Sequence record: NC_009705.1
Source: a plasmid
Strand: one strand, 5' to 3'
DNA length: 64,000 nucleotides
Positions within the stretch are counted from its first letter, which is position 1; each line of letters begins with the position of its first letter. This document shows, piece by piece, positions 50,706-59,048 of this stretch. The position numbers and the translations under genes are program-made. The notes below the pieces were generated by a model. That model did not search any database and was not told where the DNA came from. It worked only from the letters and a program-made list of their open reading frames with translations.

Positions 50706-51131
50706 ATGAGCGAAGACACTCTAAAATTAATCAACAACTTGCGCAGTTTACGTGCGTTTGCCAAGGAACTCGACATAGACTCTTTACGTGAGTTCCAAGA
50801 AAAATTGAATACGGTTATTCAAGAAAGAGAAAAAGAAGAAGAAGAAGCAAAACAAGAAGAACTTAAAAAAAGAGAGACACTTGAGCGCTTCCGCAATCAA
50901 ATAACTGAGGCAGGTATTAACCCAGAAGAAGTTGCGAACTTTTTAACAAACACCAAAACTGTGAATAAAGTTAAAAGTGTCCGCAAAAAACGAACGCCTA
51001 AATATGAATATTTAGACAGTAATGGAGAGGTTCGCCAATGGACAGGGCAGGGACGACATCCTCAACCTATTAGCGAAGCAATTAAAAACGAAGGTAAAAA
51101 ATTAGAGGACTTTTTAATAAAAAAAAGATAA
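50706..51131 (+). CDS. hns: H-NS family nucleoid-associated protein (plasmid-borne)
   Basis: N-terminus MSEDTLKLINNLRSLRA. C-terminus KYEYLDSNGEVRQWTGQGRHPQPI...GKKLEDFLIKK matches the H-NS DNA-binding motif. Confidence 0.85.
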   Translation: MSEDTLKLINNLRSLRAFAKELDIDSLREFQEKLNTVIQEREKEEEEAKQEELKKRETLERFRNQITEAGINPEEVANFLTNTKTVNKVKSVRKKRTPKYEYLDSNGEVRQWTGQGRHPQPISEAIKNEGKKLEDFLIKKR

Positions 51132-51170
51132 CACTTCTTCTTCTGAGTAAAATGAATAATAATTAGATAA

Positions 51171-51200
51171 AACAGGTGTCGTAATGACACTTGTTTTATT
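51171..51200 (+). terminator. Terminator-like hairpin after hns
   Basis: acaggtgtc...gacacttgt stem followed by TTTTATT. Confidence 0.35.
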
Positions 51201-51225
51201 AACCTCTTTACTGGATTACAAATAA

Positions 51226-51855
51226 ATGAAAATATTCAAAGCTGCCAAGAAAGTTGGCAAGTTTACTTTTATTACCATTCCATTATCTCTTTTCAGTTTT
51301 CATCAATTAAAAATAGGCAACAGTGTCATAAAATCATTATGGCAAAGTATTAACAGCCCTGTCTGTCCTCATTGTGATAAAGGGATACTAGAAGAGAGTG
51401 ACTCCATTGATATTGAGAAATTATTTATTGATACTAACGACAAGATTCAACACCACAACCCACACTTAAATAAATATTACTGTACTAAATGTGATTTTAG
51501 TTTAATTACCTCTAATAATGAATTAACATTACAAATAATGTCTTACAGGAAAATGCGATTCCAAAAAGAAATCACTGAGTCCGGCAGAAGCAAAGAAAGA
51601 AACACTTTAATTAGGCAACACACACATTCGTCTAGAATATTATTTTTTGTCTCTCTATTATGTTTTTTTGGTTTTCTATATTTAATAGTGAGTGGCTCAT
51701 CTATCATCATTGCAGCAAATTGGTTTTGTATTGCAGCCACACTCAGCATCCTTGCTATGAAAAAAAGCTACCGAGCTTGGCAGGTTGAAACGGGTAATAT
51801 CTTCATCAAGGGTGCATTTATTCATTGGCTTACTTATGGGAGATGGTTTATCTGA
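51226..51855 (+). CDS. Membrane protein with N-terminal zinc-ribbon (CPHC...CTKC) and C-terminal TMs
   Basis: Cys pairs plus 2 TM helices. Confidence 0.4.
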   Translation: MKIFKAAKKVGKFTFITIPLSLFSFHQLKIGNSVIKSLWQSINSPVCPHCDKGILEESDSIDIEKLFIDTNDKIQHHNPHLNKYYCTKCDFSLITSNNELTLQIMSYRKMRFQKEITESGRSKERNTLIRQHTHSSRILFFVSLLCFFGFLYLIVSGSSIIIAANWFCIAATLSILAMKKSYRAWQVETGNIFIKGAFIHWLTYGRWFI

Positions 51856-51856
51856 T

Positions 51857-52387
51857 ATGAAAATAATGGTTATTATCACTTTTTCTTTAATCACAATCAG
51901 CCATAATTTGAAAGCCGAAATACCTGCAATCAACAATACCAACTTTTATAGTTACCGACCTGCATCCATTGAGTGTGTTATTGAAGCGGCAAGACGGCAG
52001 GGTGTACCTGCAAATATTCTTTTATCTCTTGCCAGCCTAGAGTCTGGCAAAAATGGGCAAAGAGTCACTAATACTAATGGCTCTACTGATATAGGCCATT
52101 TTCAAATTAATACGATTAATTGGAATGATGGGAAATTTGCAGGTCTCCTTGAAATATCAGAGAACGATGTCGCTTTACGCGGTTGCTATAACGCTGAGTT
52201 AGCCGCATGGATTTTAAAATCTAGAATCAATGAAAGTAACGGACAAGACTTTTGGACGAAAGTCGCAAACTATCATAGTAAAACAAAAAAATATAATGAC
52301 ATCTACAAAGCCAAATTAATGCCTTTAGCTGTTCGCTGGGGAAATTGGTTAGAAAAGCGCGGTGAATACACCGTAACCTATCGTTAG
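51857..52387 (+). CDS. Lytic transglycosylase (SLT domain), T4SS-associated
   Basis: LESGKNG...DIGHFQIN catalytic motif. Signal peptide from MKIMVIITF; the track ORF starts earlier at 51785. Confidence 0.7.
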   Translation: MKIMVIITFSLITISHNLKAEIPAINNTNFYSYRPASIECVIEAARRQGVPANILLSLASLESGKNGQRVTNTNGSTDIGHFQINTINWNDGKFAGLLEISENDVALRGCYNAELAAWILKSRINESNGQDFWTKVANYHSKTKKYNDIYKAKLMPLAVRWGNWLEKRGEYTVTYR

Positions 52388-52405
52388 TTAACAAGAGAGA
52401 AATCT

Positions 52406-52921
52406 ATGTTTGCACACAACAATGTCACGTTAATCGGTAATCTGGGTGGTGATCGCAAGATCAAAACCAACGAACATACTGGAGAGATCGTAGGACTTAC
52501 CCTCTCTTTAGGTGTTTCGAAGCGAATCCCTGATCCCAATAATGAAGGCCAGTGGATTGATGGAGCCGATTGGTTCCAATTATTCATCAGTAGCAAAAAT
52601 CGGTCATTCGAGTTTTTAAAAAAACATGCCTTAAAAGGGACAATGATCACGGTCGCAGGTTACTTACGCCGTGAAACATGGGACTCAAAAACCCGTAAAG
52701 ATGAAAACGGCAACCCTATGCAGGATTCACGCTTAGATGTCGCTCCAACTGATATTAAAATTCTAAGATTTGCCAAGGTTCAGGATAACGAAACACCACC
52801 TGTAGATCCTGCGGAAGAGGAAACTGCAAGCGATGGCCAACAGCATGGGGATGCTGGCCTACCCACTCAATCACCTGAAGAACAGAATCAGGCTGATGAG
52901 CACTACAGCCAGAACCTTTAA
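52406..52921 (+). CDS. ssb: Single-stranded DNA-binding protein (SSB, OB-fold)
   Basis: NNVTLIGNLGGDRKIK and W/F-rich OB core with an acidic C-terminal tail. Confidence 0.75.
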   Translation: MFAHNNVTLIGNLGGDRKIKTNEHTGEIVGLTLSLGVSKRIPDPNNEGQWIDGADWFQLFISSKNRSFEFLKKHALKGTMITVAGYLRRETWDSKTRKDENGNPMQDSRLDVAPTDIKILRFAKVQDNETPPVDPAEEETASDGQQHGDAGLPTQSPEEQNQADEHYSQNL

Positions 52922-52947
52922 GTCTTGCCACACAATCAGGTAAAACA

Positions 52948-52973
52948 GGGGGAGCCACAGGCTTCCCTTTTTT
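52948..52973 (+). terminator. Terminator-like hairpin after ssb
   Basis: ggggagcc...gcttccc stem followed by TTTTTT. Confidence 0.4.
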
Positions 52974-53090
52974 ATCGGATATTTTTTCAGCATAAAAATG
53001 ATGCCCTCGGGGATGAGCTGTTTTCATTTCCGCCCCTGCCGCCTCCAGCACAGCGGCTTAGACAAATTCACTACTAACAAGGAAAAGATA

Positions 53091-53474
53091 ATGGGTCATG
53101 ACATAAAGAAATTGGCACAGCAGTTACCCACAAGCCATATGGCACTGACTCCGAAAACACCTGATGAGCGTAGTACTCTGACCATGCTAAAAGCCATTAA
53201 TGGTATGATGCTGGATATGCTAGCGGCTATTGCTCGTAAAGATTACAGTGACAGACGTTGACGCCAGCAAGAAGGGATAACCAAAGCCAAAGCAGCAGGA
53301 AAATTTAGGGGACGACAAGCTGACAGACTTCTGAATGCGAAAATAATAGAGCTACGTATTAAAAATGGCCAAAGTATTCGCGATACTGCCAGACTCACTG
53401 GTGTATCTGAAAGAACGGTTATACGGATAGAGAATAAAGCAAAAGTGGCTGTTGAAAGCAATGAAATTAAATAG
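53091..53474 (+). pseudogene. Serine recombinase (resolvase/invertase) remnant: N-terminally truncated, in-frame TGA at 53259
   Basis: MLDMLAAIARKDYSDRR-stop-RQQEGITKAKAAGKFRGR...QSIRDTARLTGVSERTV matches the resolvase E-helix and HTH. Catalytic Ser domain absent. Confidence 0.5.
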
Positions 53475-53670
53475 GTGATCGGTCATTTTCAAAAGAGGGT
53501 AAATTTAGGGAGTTTTCCGGTAAAAGGGAGTAATACCTAATGTGCTGCACTGACAGGCAAGGGCTGAACGTCCCCGGACCGCCTCCCCCGACAGCGCCAA
53601 ACACAACATCCAGTAGTGGTCCCGCTGATAGAGCACAAAATGCAGGGCAGGGGGCGCGATTAGGGTGTCT

Positions 53671-53686
53671 TAGGGTAAAGACGAAT
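53671..53686 (+). repeat. GGTAAAGCC-box, degenerate copy
   Basis: tagggtaaagacgaat. Confidence 0.4.
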
Positions 53687-54012
53687 ATTTGAAAAATAAT
53701 GGCATATCCACTCCAGAATACTCAAATAGTAAATTTTCGTTGAGCTTTTAATGATATCGTTTACGTTTCAATGGGACTGGAGCTAGGGTTATGACACCTA
53801 TATTAGAAGAGAAAATAAGAGATGCTTTTCGGCAATTTAAAAGAAATAAAAAGACTGAAACAGATATACAACCGTTAATGGATATACTGGATAAAACATT
53901 CGGATCAGGTCACTATTCCGCCAACCCTACAACAATCACAAATGCAATGGAACATCTTAACGGCTATTGAATATCTATTCAGGATAATAATATATTCTTT
54001 CCAAAACCTTCA

Positions 54013-54852
54013 GTGTTTAAAATTAAGGACACCACATTTAATTCATGGGGTGAGTCGTTAAATGAGGCGGAAACCATTCTTCCTGCATATTTTTCTTTCG
54101 GTGAAATAATTCCTATCATCAGTAGAATTTATGATGCTGATAATAAATCGGATAAAATACAGAGAGGAAATGAAGCATTGGGGAAATTATTTCCCCCACA
54201 AACTCTGGCTCTTCTTTCTGTTGATTTATACCCCAAGTTTTCTGCTCTCAGTGATTCACATGCACAGATAAGGGAAACCGTAGAGGCTTACTGCTTGGGC
54301 CATTACCGCGCAGCAATAACAACCCTACTCCCTTGTATTGAGCATGCCATAAAAGCATTAGGTGTAAGACTAGACATAGCTGAACCAGAGAATATAAGTA
54401 CGAAGTTTCTGTTGGAAATAATAAAAAAATCTCTAAAAAGTTACATCTGCGATTATGTTTACAGAGATTATGATTGGGTTCCTCAAGAGGTTAGCAATAA
54501 TGATTTTTTCAATAACTTTGATGAACGATATCAAATAATATCAAACGGTCGGAATTATATTCAAAACCATCTTTATCAAAATACGGGTAAATATATCGGC
54601 ATCTCGCAGTTAAACCGACATAGTATCTTACATGGATTTATGACAAAGTATCATGAACAATCCAATTATCTCAGGCTGATAAACTTATTGAATAATATAT
54701 GTTTTATGTTGACCATGTCTGGAGAGGCCGTGTCACTAATGCTACGAGAAGAAACAAGTAATTGTTCGGCATTTAATAGATATCTGCTAATGTTAGAAAG
54801 AGTAGGAAGTATCAGAGCTAAGTATCTTGATCTACATGGAATATGCCGTTAA
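54013..54852 (+). CDS. Hypothetical protein with HEPN-like Rx4H motif (NRHSILHG); possible Abi-like
   Basis: Single Rx4H motif near the C-terminal third. AT-rich gene. Confidence 0.3.
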   Translation: MFKIKDTTFNSWGESLNEAETILPAYFSFGEIIPIISRIYDADNKSDKIQRGNEALGKLFPPQTLALLSVDLYPKFSALSDSHAQIRETVEAYCLGHYRAAITTLLPCIEHAIKALGVRLDIAEPENISTKFLLEIIKKSLKSYICDYVYRDYDWVPQEVSNNDFFNNFDERYQIISNGRNYIQNHLYQNTGKYIGISQLNRHSILHGFMTKYHEQSNYLRLINLLNNICFMLTMSGEAVSLMLREETSNCSAFNRYLLMLERVGSIRAKYLDLHGICR

Positions 54853-54878
54853 CTCCATAAAAGTGAGACTTTGATGAT

Positions 54879-54918
54879 TAGGTAGTTTTAGGGTAAAGCC
54901 AAGATGGATTGGCAGAAG
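54879..54918 (+). repeat. GGTAAAGCC-box copy (taggtagttttagggtaaagccaagatggattggcagaag)
   Basis: About 80% identical to the copy at 57114. Confidence 0.7.
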
Positions 54919-54968
54919 ACAAACGGTGCTGAAAAAGAGGAGACTGACGAACGTCAGTCCTCAGAACA

Positions 54969-55289
54969 TCAAATATAATAGTGACTATTTATGGTTGTCA
55001 TATTTTTTTCAACCGCAACATCTTTGTCCATCTGAGTAATGACTGGACTTATTTCTTTAATAAACCACTCCCACGAATTAAGGTTACTCTCTTCTGGGGT
55101 GATGGTTTTTTTTATTCGTGAACGACGCAAAAGCATACCACCCGTTGAGCGCTTAATTTCTTTGAGTCCACATAAACGCAACAGTTCGTTAGCTTCGAGT
55201 TCCCAAGAGGAGCGTTCGGTGCTATCGCATGGAGAAAAACCAGAGATTTCTTTAAGACGTTTAACTACAAGAACTTTATTAACTGGCAT
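54969..55289 (-). CDS. Hypothetical protein (106 aa)
   Basis: ORF. Confidence 0.3.
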   Translation of the reverse strand: MPVNKVLVVKRLKEISGFSPCDSTERSSWELEANELLRLCGLKEIKRSTGGMLLRRSRIKKTITPEESNLNSWEWFIKEISPVITQMDKDVAVEKNMTTINSHYYI

Positions 55290-55501
55290 AGTAAGTATCC
55301 ATCCTTAATGAGAAAGGATGCACTATAAACAACAATATAAGTACTGTCAAATAAAATTAACCTAATTATATAATACTTCAATCTACCTGCTCAAGCAAGT
55401 AATTTTTAATGTTGTTTATCCTGTTGTTTTTTATAGATAAAATTTAATTGGCATTCGCAAAGTTAAAATTGCCACTTACTTACATAGTGATTACAGATAT
55501 T

Positions 55502-55536
55502 GGTACTCTGCGGGTAAAGCCAAGGACAAGCAATGG
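55502..55536 (+). repeat. GGTAAAGCC-box copy (ggtactctgcgggtaaagccaaggacaagcaatgg)
   Basis: Motif read directly. Confidence 0.6.
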
Positions 55537-55608
55537 TGCATAACGCCCTTGCACGCACTGCATTATTGCAGTACATTAAATGAAGACATCGGGCGCAGGG
55601 GAAAGGCA

Positions 55609-56451
55609 ATGGCAACGATTACGGTACGTATTGATGATGAATTAAAACAGAGCTTTGATGATGTGCTCAGTGAATTGAGACTATCACAAACAGAGGTGAT
55701 TATTAACACCTGTAAATATATTGTCCAGAATAAAAAACTGCCTTTTGTTGTTATCGAGAAACTGAAAACACCAGAAGAGTTGAGACGCGAAATTCTTGAT
55801 AAATTTAATCTTGCCTATTTTGTTATTAGAGATTTGGCGAGCAACCAAAAAAATAACAACCCAATATATCCCAATCACTGTAGAATTATTATCTCTACAT
55901 TGCGCGGCTTCACTGATTTGTTTAATCGTTTCGATGAGGCTATCGAAAATGCTATCCCCCGCGATGAATATAAGTCTCTATTAGCGGCCTGTGGGGATGC
56001 CTTATATATCGCCAATAGATTAGACCATAGTGTTAACTATTCTGGCGCAGAATATGTTTTGCTAAATGAATTGACCACCTATATCAATATCGCGGTCATA
56101 TCGTTCGGACGGGTATTAAGTATTGGGAAAGACATTATCCGTCATTTTCAGGTTAAATTGATTGAAAATAATATAGCAATTAAGCATTGGGACACCTTTG
56201 AGGCTCGTCTCACAGAAGCACTTGAGGAAGGAACTTTATTCCAGTCGGCAGTCATTAATCTAGTCATGACAGGCCGTAAACAGGGGATTCGACTCAGAGT
56301 AAGGGACAATAGCCAGAGCCTTGATGCGGAAACCTTGCATCATGCGTTAATACCCTTTGGATTCTCGCGTGAACAGGCAGAAAGCATCATCAATAACTGC
56401 CAAACCGATATACCTGACTCCCTTAATAAGGAAATACAAAATCATGACTAA
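55609..56451 (+). CDS. RelB/DinJ-like ribbon-helix-helix N-terminus fused to ~230-aa domain of unknown function
   Basis: MATITVRIDDELKQSFDDVLSELRLSQTEVIINTCKYIVQNKKLPF resembles the DinJ antitoxin fold. Alternative upstream start at 55549. Confidence 0.45.
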   Translation: MATITVRIDDELKQSFDDVLSELRLSQTEVIINTCKYIVQNKKLPFVVIEKLKTPEELRREILDKFNLAYFVIRDLASNQKNNNPIYPNHCRIIISTLRGFTDLFNRFDEAIENAIPRDEYKSLLAACGDALYIANRLDHSVNYSGAEYVLLNELTTYINIAVISFGRVLSIGKDIIRHFQVKLIENNIAIKHWDTFEARLTEALEEGTLFQSAVINLVMTGRKQGIRLRVRDNSQSLDAETLHHALIPFGFSREQAESIINNCQTDIPDSLNKEIQNHD

Positions 56452-56489
56452 TATATGTCACAACCCACGATTAACAAGAGGGTCTAAAG

Positions 56490-56718
56490 ATAGCAAGACT
56501 GAGTTTTGAGAGAAAAAAATTACTGTACCGTACCGCTGATGCGCTTTCTGTTGCCTATGATAATTTGGAATTTCTATCCTCCGATGAAGTGAGGGAGTTT
56601 ATCGAAGGTGGTGACATTACCGTTGCTGCACTGGCGTATATTACTGGTTTACAAGAAGATGAAATCATTGAAGAGGCCGTTAAACAAGCTAAAAAACGAG
56701 AGCTTAAGCAGGGTTAAT
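56490..56718 (+). pseudogene. Paralogue of 5809-6030 gene with ATG to ATA start-codon change (no alternative start in frame)
   Basis: IARLSFERKKLLYRTADALSVAYDNLEF...DITVAALAYITGL...EEAVKQAKKRE aligns with the 73-aa protein. In-frame stop lies 15 nt upstream. Confidence 0.5.
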
Positions 56719-56765
56719 CGATAAAGATAAGTTACACGGTTATCATAATACAAAGCACCATAACG

Positions 56766-56787
56766 CCCCGTAAGGGGCTTTTCTTTG
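56766..56787 (+). terminator. Rho-independent terminator (gcccc gtaa ggggc + TTTTCTTT)
   Basis: Hairpin plus T-run. Confidence 0.5.
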
Positions 56788-56814
56788 CCCGTTCGCTAGA
56801 TTGGCTGCGATTTG

Positions 56815-56868
56815 GCAGTCTAAGGGTAAAGCCAAGGGCAGCAAGAAAGGGTAAAGCAGGGCAACGGC
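56815..56868 (+). repeat. GGTAAAGCC-box copy with partial second unit (ctaagggtaaagccaagggcagcaagaaagggtaaagcagggcaacgg)
   Basis: Motif read directly. Confidence 0.6.
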
Positions 56869-56890
56869 TGGCGAACCAGCCAGTTCGAAG

Positions 56891-57058
56891 TTATTGAGGT
56901 TTCGCTTGTTCTACATTAAAATGATACATAACGGCTTCATGCTCGAGTTTGGTCAGTTTGACATTAACATCGGCTTTCCCTGAACTGGCTCCCTGCTTTA
57001 AAGCGTCATTAACTTTTGTTAACCCTGATGTTAGAGCTTTATCTTTCGATGAAATCAT
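56891..57058 (-). CDS. Small protein (55 aa) with strong RBS (GGAAGGAG-7-ATG); not in the ORF track (below size cut-off)
   Basis: MISSKDKALTSGLTKVNDALKQGASSGKADVNVKLTKLEHEAVMYHFNVEQAKPQ. AAGGAG lies 7 nt upstream of ATG. Confidence 0.45.
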   Translation of the reverse strand: MISSKDKALTSGLTKVNDALKQGASSGKADVNVKLTKLEHEAVMYHFNVEQAKPQ

Positions 57059-57113
57059 TATTATCTCCTTCCATATTATTAATCTAGATTAATACTAAAT
57101 CAGTATACAGCAT

Positions 57114-57150
57114 TAGGTAGTTTCTGCGTAAAGCCGAATGCGGCAAAAAG
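57114..57150 (+). repeat. GGTAAAGCC-box copy (taggtagtttctgcgtaaagccgaatgcggcaaaaag)
   Basis: Motif read directly. Confidence 0.65.
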
Positions 57151-57465
57151 CAAAACAGAACTAAGCCATATCATATGACAATCATTCGCATCTAATGTAT
57201 TTGTGCTATTTATGTTCCCACTGTATAGTGGCGGCATAAATCGTTATTTTTGGTAGATCGCGGATTAAGAAAATGGGCAGCTAAAATAAATCCCATTTTA
57301 ATCTACCCGCTATTATCACCGAAGTAGTCGCATGACAAATATTGACAATACGGCGGCGGGGCCGTTTATTTTGAGCGTCAAAAACAGTTTTTAATTTAGT
57401 GTATAATCATCCTGTTCGTTAATTTCAGTTAAAGGGAAGCCATGCCAAAAGACTAAGCCACTATC

Positions 57466-57855
57466 GTGAGACCACGAAAATCACAACGGCCATTTCAATT
57501 TATGTCATTTAATAATGAGGGTATTCTTTTGCTTATTAATCATAACGCCGTACTAGAAGTCGCTCCCTGTCCTGAAGCCCCAACAGAAGACGACTGGAAG
57601 CCTATCGGGATAACATACAGCGTAGTGCAGGATAGAAATACTGGAATTATCTGCGGTGAAGGGGAGGTCAGTAAAAAATGGGCGGATAATTTTTATCGTT
57701 ATTATGCACAACAACTATCTGAAAACGGCAGGACATGGCTACGTGTAAATGATGATTTATTCCGGGTTAACCTCTATATCAACATAATCTCGACGCACAA
57801 TAACTTGACTGTCTTTACATTTAAACTTATCGGCATCCCCCACCCCAGTTTGTGA
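57466..57855 (+). CDS. Hypothetical protein (129 aa; alternative start MSFNNEG at 57502)
   Basis: ORF. Confidence 0.35.
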   Translation: MRPRKSQRPFQFMSFNNEGILLLINHNAVLEVAPCPEAPTEDDWKPIGITYSVVQDRNTGIICGEGEVSKKWADNFYRYYAQQLSENGRTWLRVNDDLFRVNLYINIISTHNNLTVFTFKLIGIPHPSL

Positions 57856-58256
57856 TAATAAAGAGGTCGGCAGACATGACATTAGACACCCTGAAAAGTT
57901 ATTTAGAAATGGATACCCCGTCATATACCCAACAATGTGATCATATCGCCTCACTGAACGCCGCCCGTGCTGATTTTGCTATACCACTGAAAGAGATCAG
58001 GTTGGCACCGACTGGCGGTATGCTTTTACCACGTTCGCGATACCGTGCTCCCCCCGGACACGCCGATAAAGCCGCTTGGACGCATATCACAAACCAGATA
58101 CAAGAATGGGTGGCTCTGATTGAGCGTCATGAGCAGCATCATACCGTCTCTTGGCCCCAACGCTGCCTGAAATGGGCAAAAAGGCCCTTATATTCAATAA
58201 TAACGTCTGTGATCGGGGCCGGGGTGATGCATTATCTGGGGTGGGACCAAGGGTGA
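57852..58256 (+). CDS. Hypothetical protein (134 aa), start overlaps upstream stop (ATGA)
   Basis: Translationally coupled pair. Confidence 0.35.
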   Translation: MIIKRSADMTLDTLKSYLEMDTPSYTQQCDHIASLNAARADFAIPLKEIRLAPTGGMLLPRSRYRAPPGHADKAAWTHITNQIQEWVALIERHEQHHTVSWPQRCLKWAKRPLYSIITSVIGAGVMHYLGWDQG

Positions 58257-58398
58257 CCGAATTATCCGTTTTAGTGTTGCAGGTAGCCACTTTCGGGTGG
58301 CCCCCCTCACATTGTGAGGTAGTTTGGGGAGAAAACCGAATAAGGTCGAGCTGAAGAGGGGACAACTGTCCCCGTTGTGTTTTTATCTGCTAAGCGGG

Positions 58399-58839
58399 TT
58401 AGATCTTTAACTCAACATGATAGTTTTGCAATGTTGAGAAACAGTAGGATTTTAGTTTATTTTTATCGTGTTGTTTAACTGCTTCTATGTACCGAACGAC
58501 ATATTTCGTAAACTGCGTGGTGATAAAGAAAGATTTTTTTTGAATAATAATAAATTCTTCATCAGGAATTTTAAACGGAACATCGGATATGTATTCATCT
58601 TTCATCAATAAGACAGCTTTTGAGTAATCCAGAGCCTTATTCCCTGAAAAATTATAGCATTGCTTATGGTTAGCATTCGATCTTAAAGGAATTCCAAAGC
58701 GCAAACCGACTATTTCAACGAGAACAATGCCATACCCTCTTGTTTTGTCGCTAGTCCACGCATTGCCTCTTTTGTCCAACACCTCGACTAAGTGCTTGTT
58801 TTCAATGTAAAAAGCATCCTCAAGTTTTTTAATTTCCAC
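58399..58839 (-). CDS. toxN: ToxN/AbiQ-family endoribonuclease toxin (type III toxin-antitoxin)
   Basis: FYIENKHLVEVL...RGYGIVLVEIVGLRFGIPLRSNA aligns with ToxN FYTISSKYIEYL...IGIVLEIQGHKYLAPLTS. Confidence 0.6.
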   Translation of the reverse strand: MEIKKLEDAFYIENKHLVEVLDKRGNAWTSDKTRGYGIVLVEIVGLRFGIPLRSNANHKQCYNFSGNKALDYSKAVLLMKDEYISDVPFKIPDEEFIIIQKKSFFITTQFTKYVVRYIEAVKQHDKNKLKSYCFSTLQNYHVELKI

Positions 58840-58876
58840 AAATCATGCCCTGTCTTGCCATCGGCTTTGGCCACAA

Positions 58877-58906
58877 ACAAAAAAACCTCCCGTTAGGAGG
58901 TTTTTT
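58877..58906 (-). terminator. Rho-independent terminator between RNA repeats and toxN (cctcctaacgggagg + U-run on minus strand)
   Basis: Hairpin flanked by A and T runs. Position is canonical for type III TA. Confidence 0.65.
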
Positions 58907-58914
58907 CTTTCGTT

Positions 58915-59013
58915 GAACACTTCTTTTTTTAACGTGGGGCTGTTCTTCCACCACATCTTTCTGCTTGGATGCTTCTTTTTTTTACGTGGGGAACATCCTT
59001 CCACCACATCTAA
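58915..59013 (-). ncRNA. toxI: ToxI-like antitoxin RNA: two ~47-nt direct repeats
   Basis: gaacacttctttttttaacgtggggctgttcttccaccacatcttt / ggatgcttctttttttttacgtggggaacatccttccaccacatcta. Confidence 0.55.
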
Positions 59014-59018
59014 CTATT

Positions 59019-59048
59019 ACAATAGTGATATTTTTGTGTTTTGTCAAC
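59019..59048 (-). promoter_or_regulatory. Sigma70-like promoter (TTGACA-18-TATTGT on minus strand) driving repeats and toxN
   Basis: Hexamers read on the reverse complement. Confidence 0.5.

Noticed and set aside
53600-57200. Integron cassette array with attC sites
   Set aside because: The recurring GGTAAAGCC box has no attC-like inverse-core/core (RYYYAAC ... GTTRRRY) imperfect palindrome, and there is no intI. It is kept as a repeat family instead.
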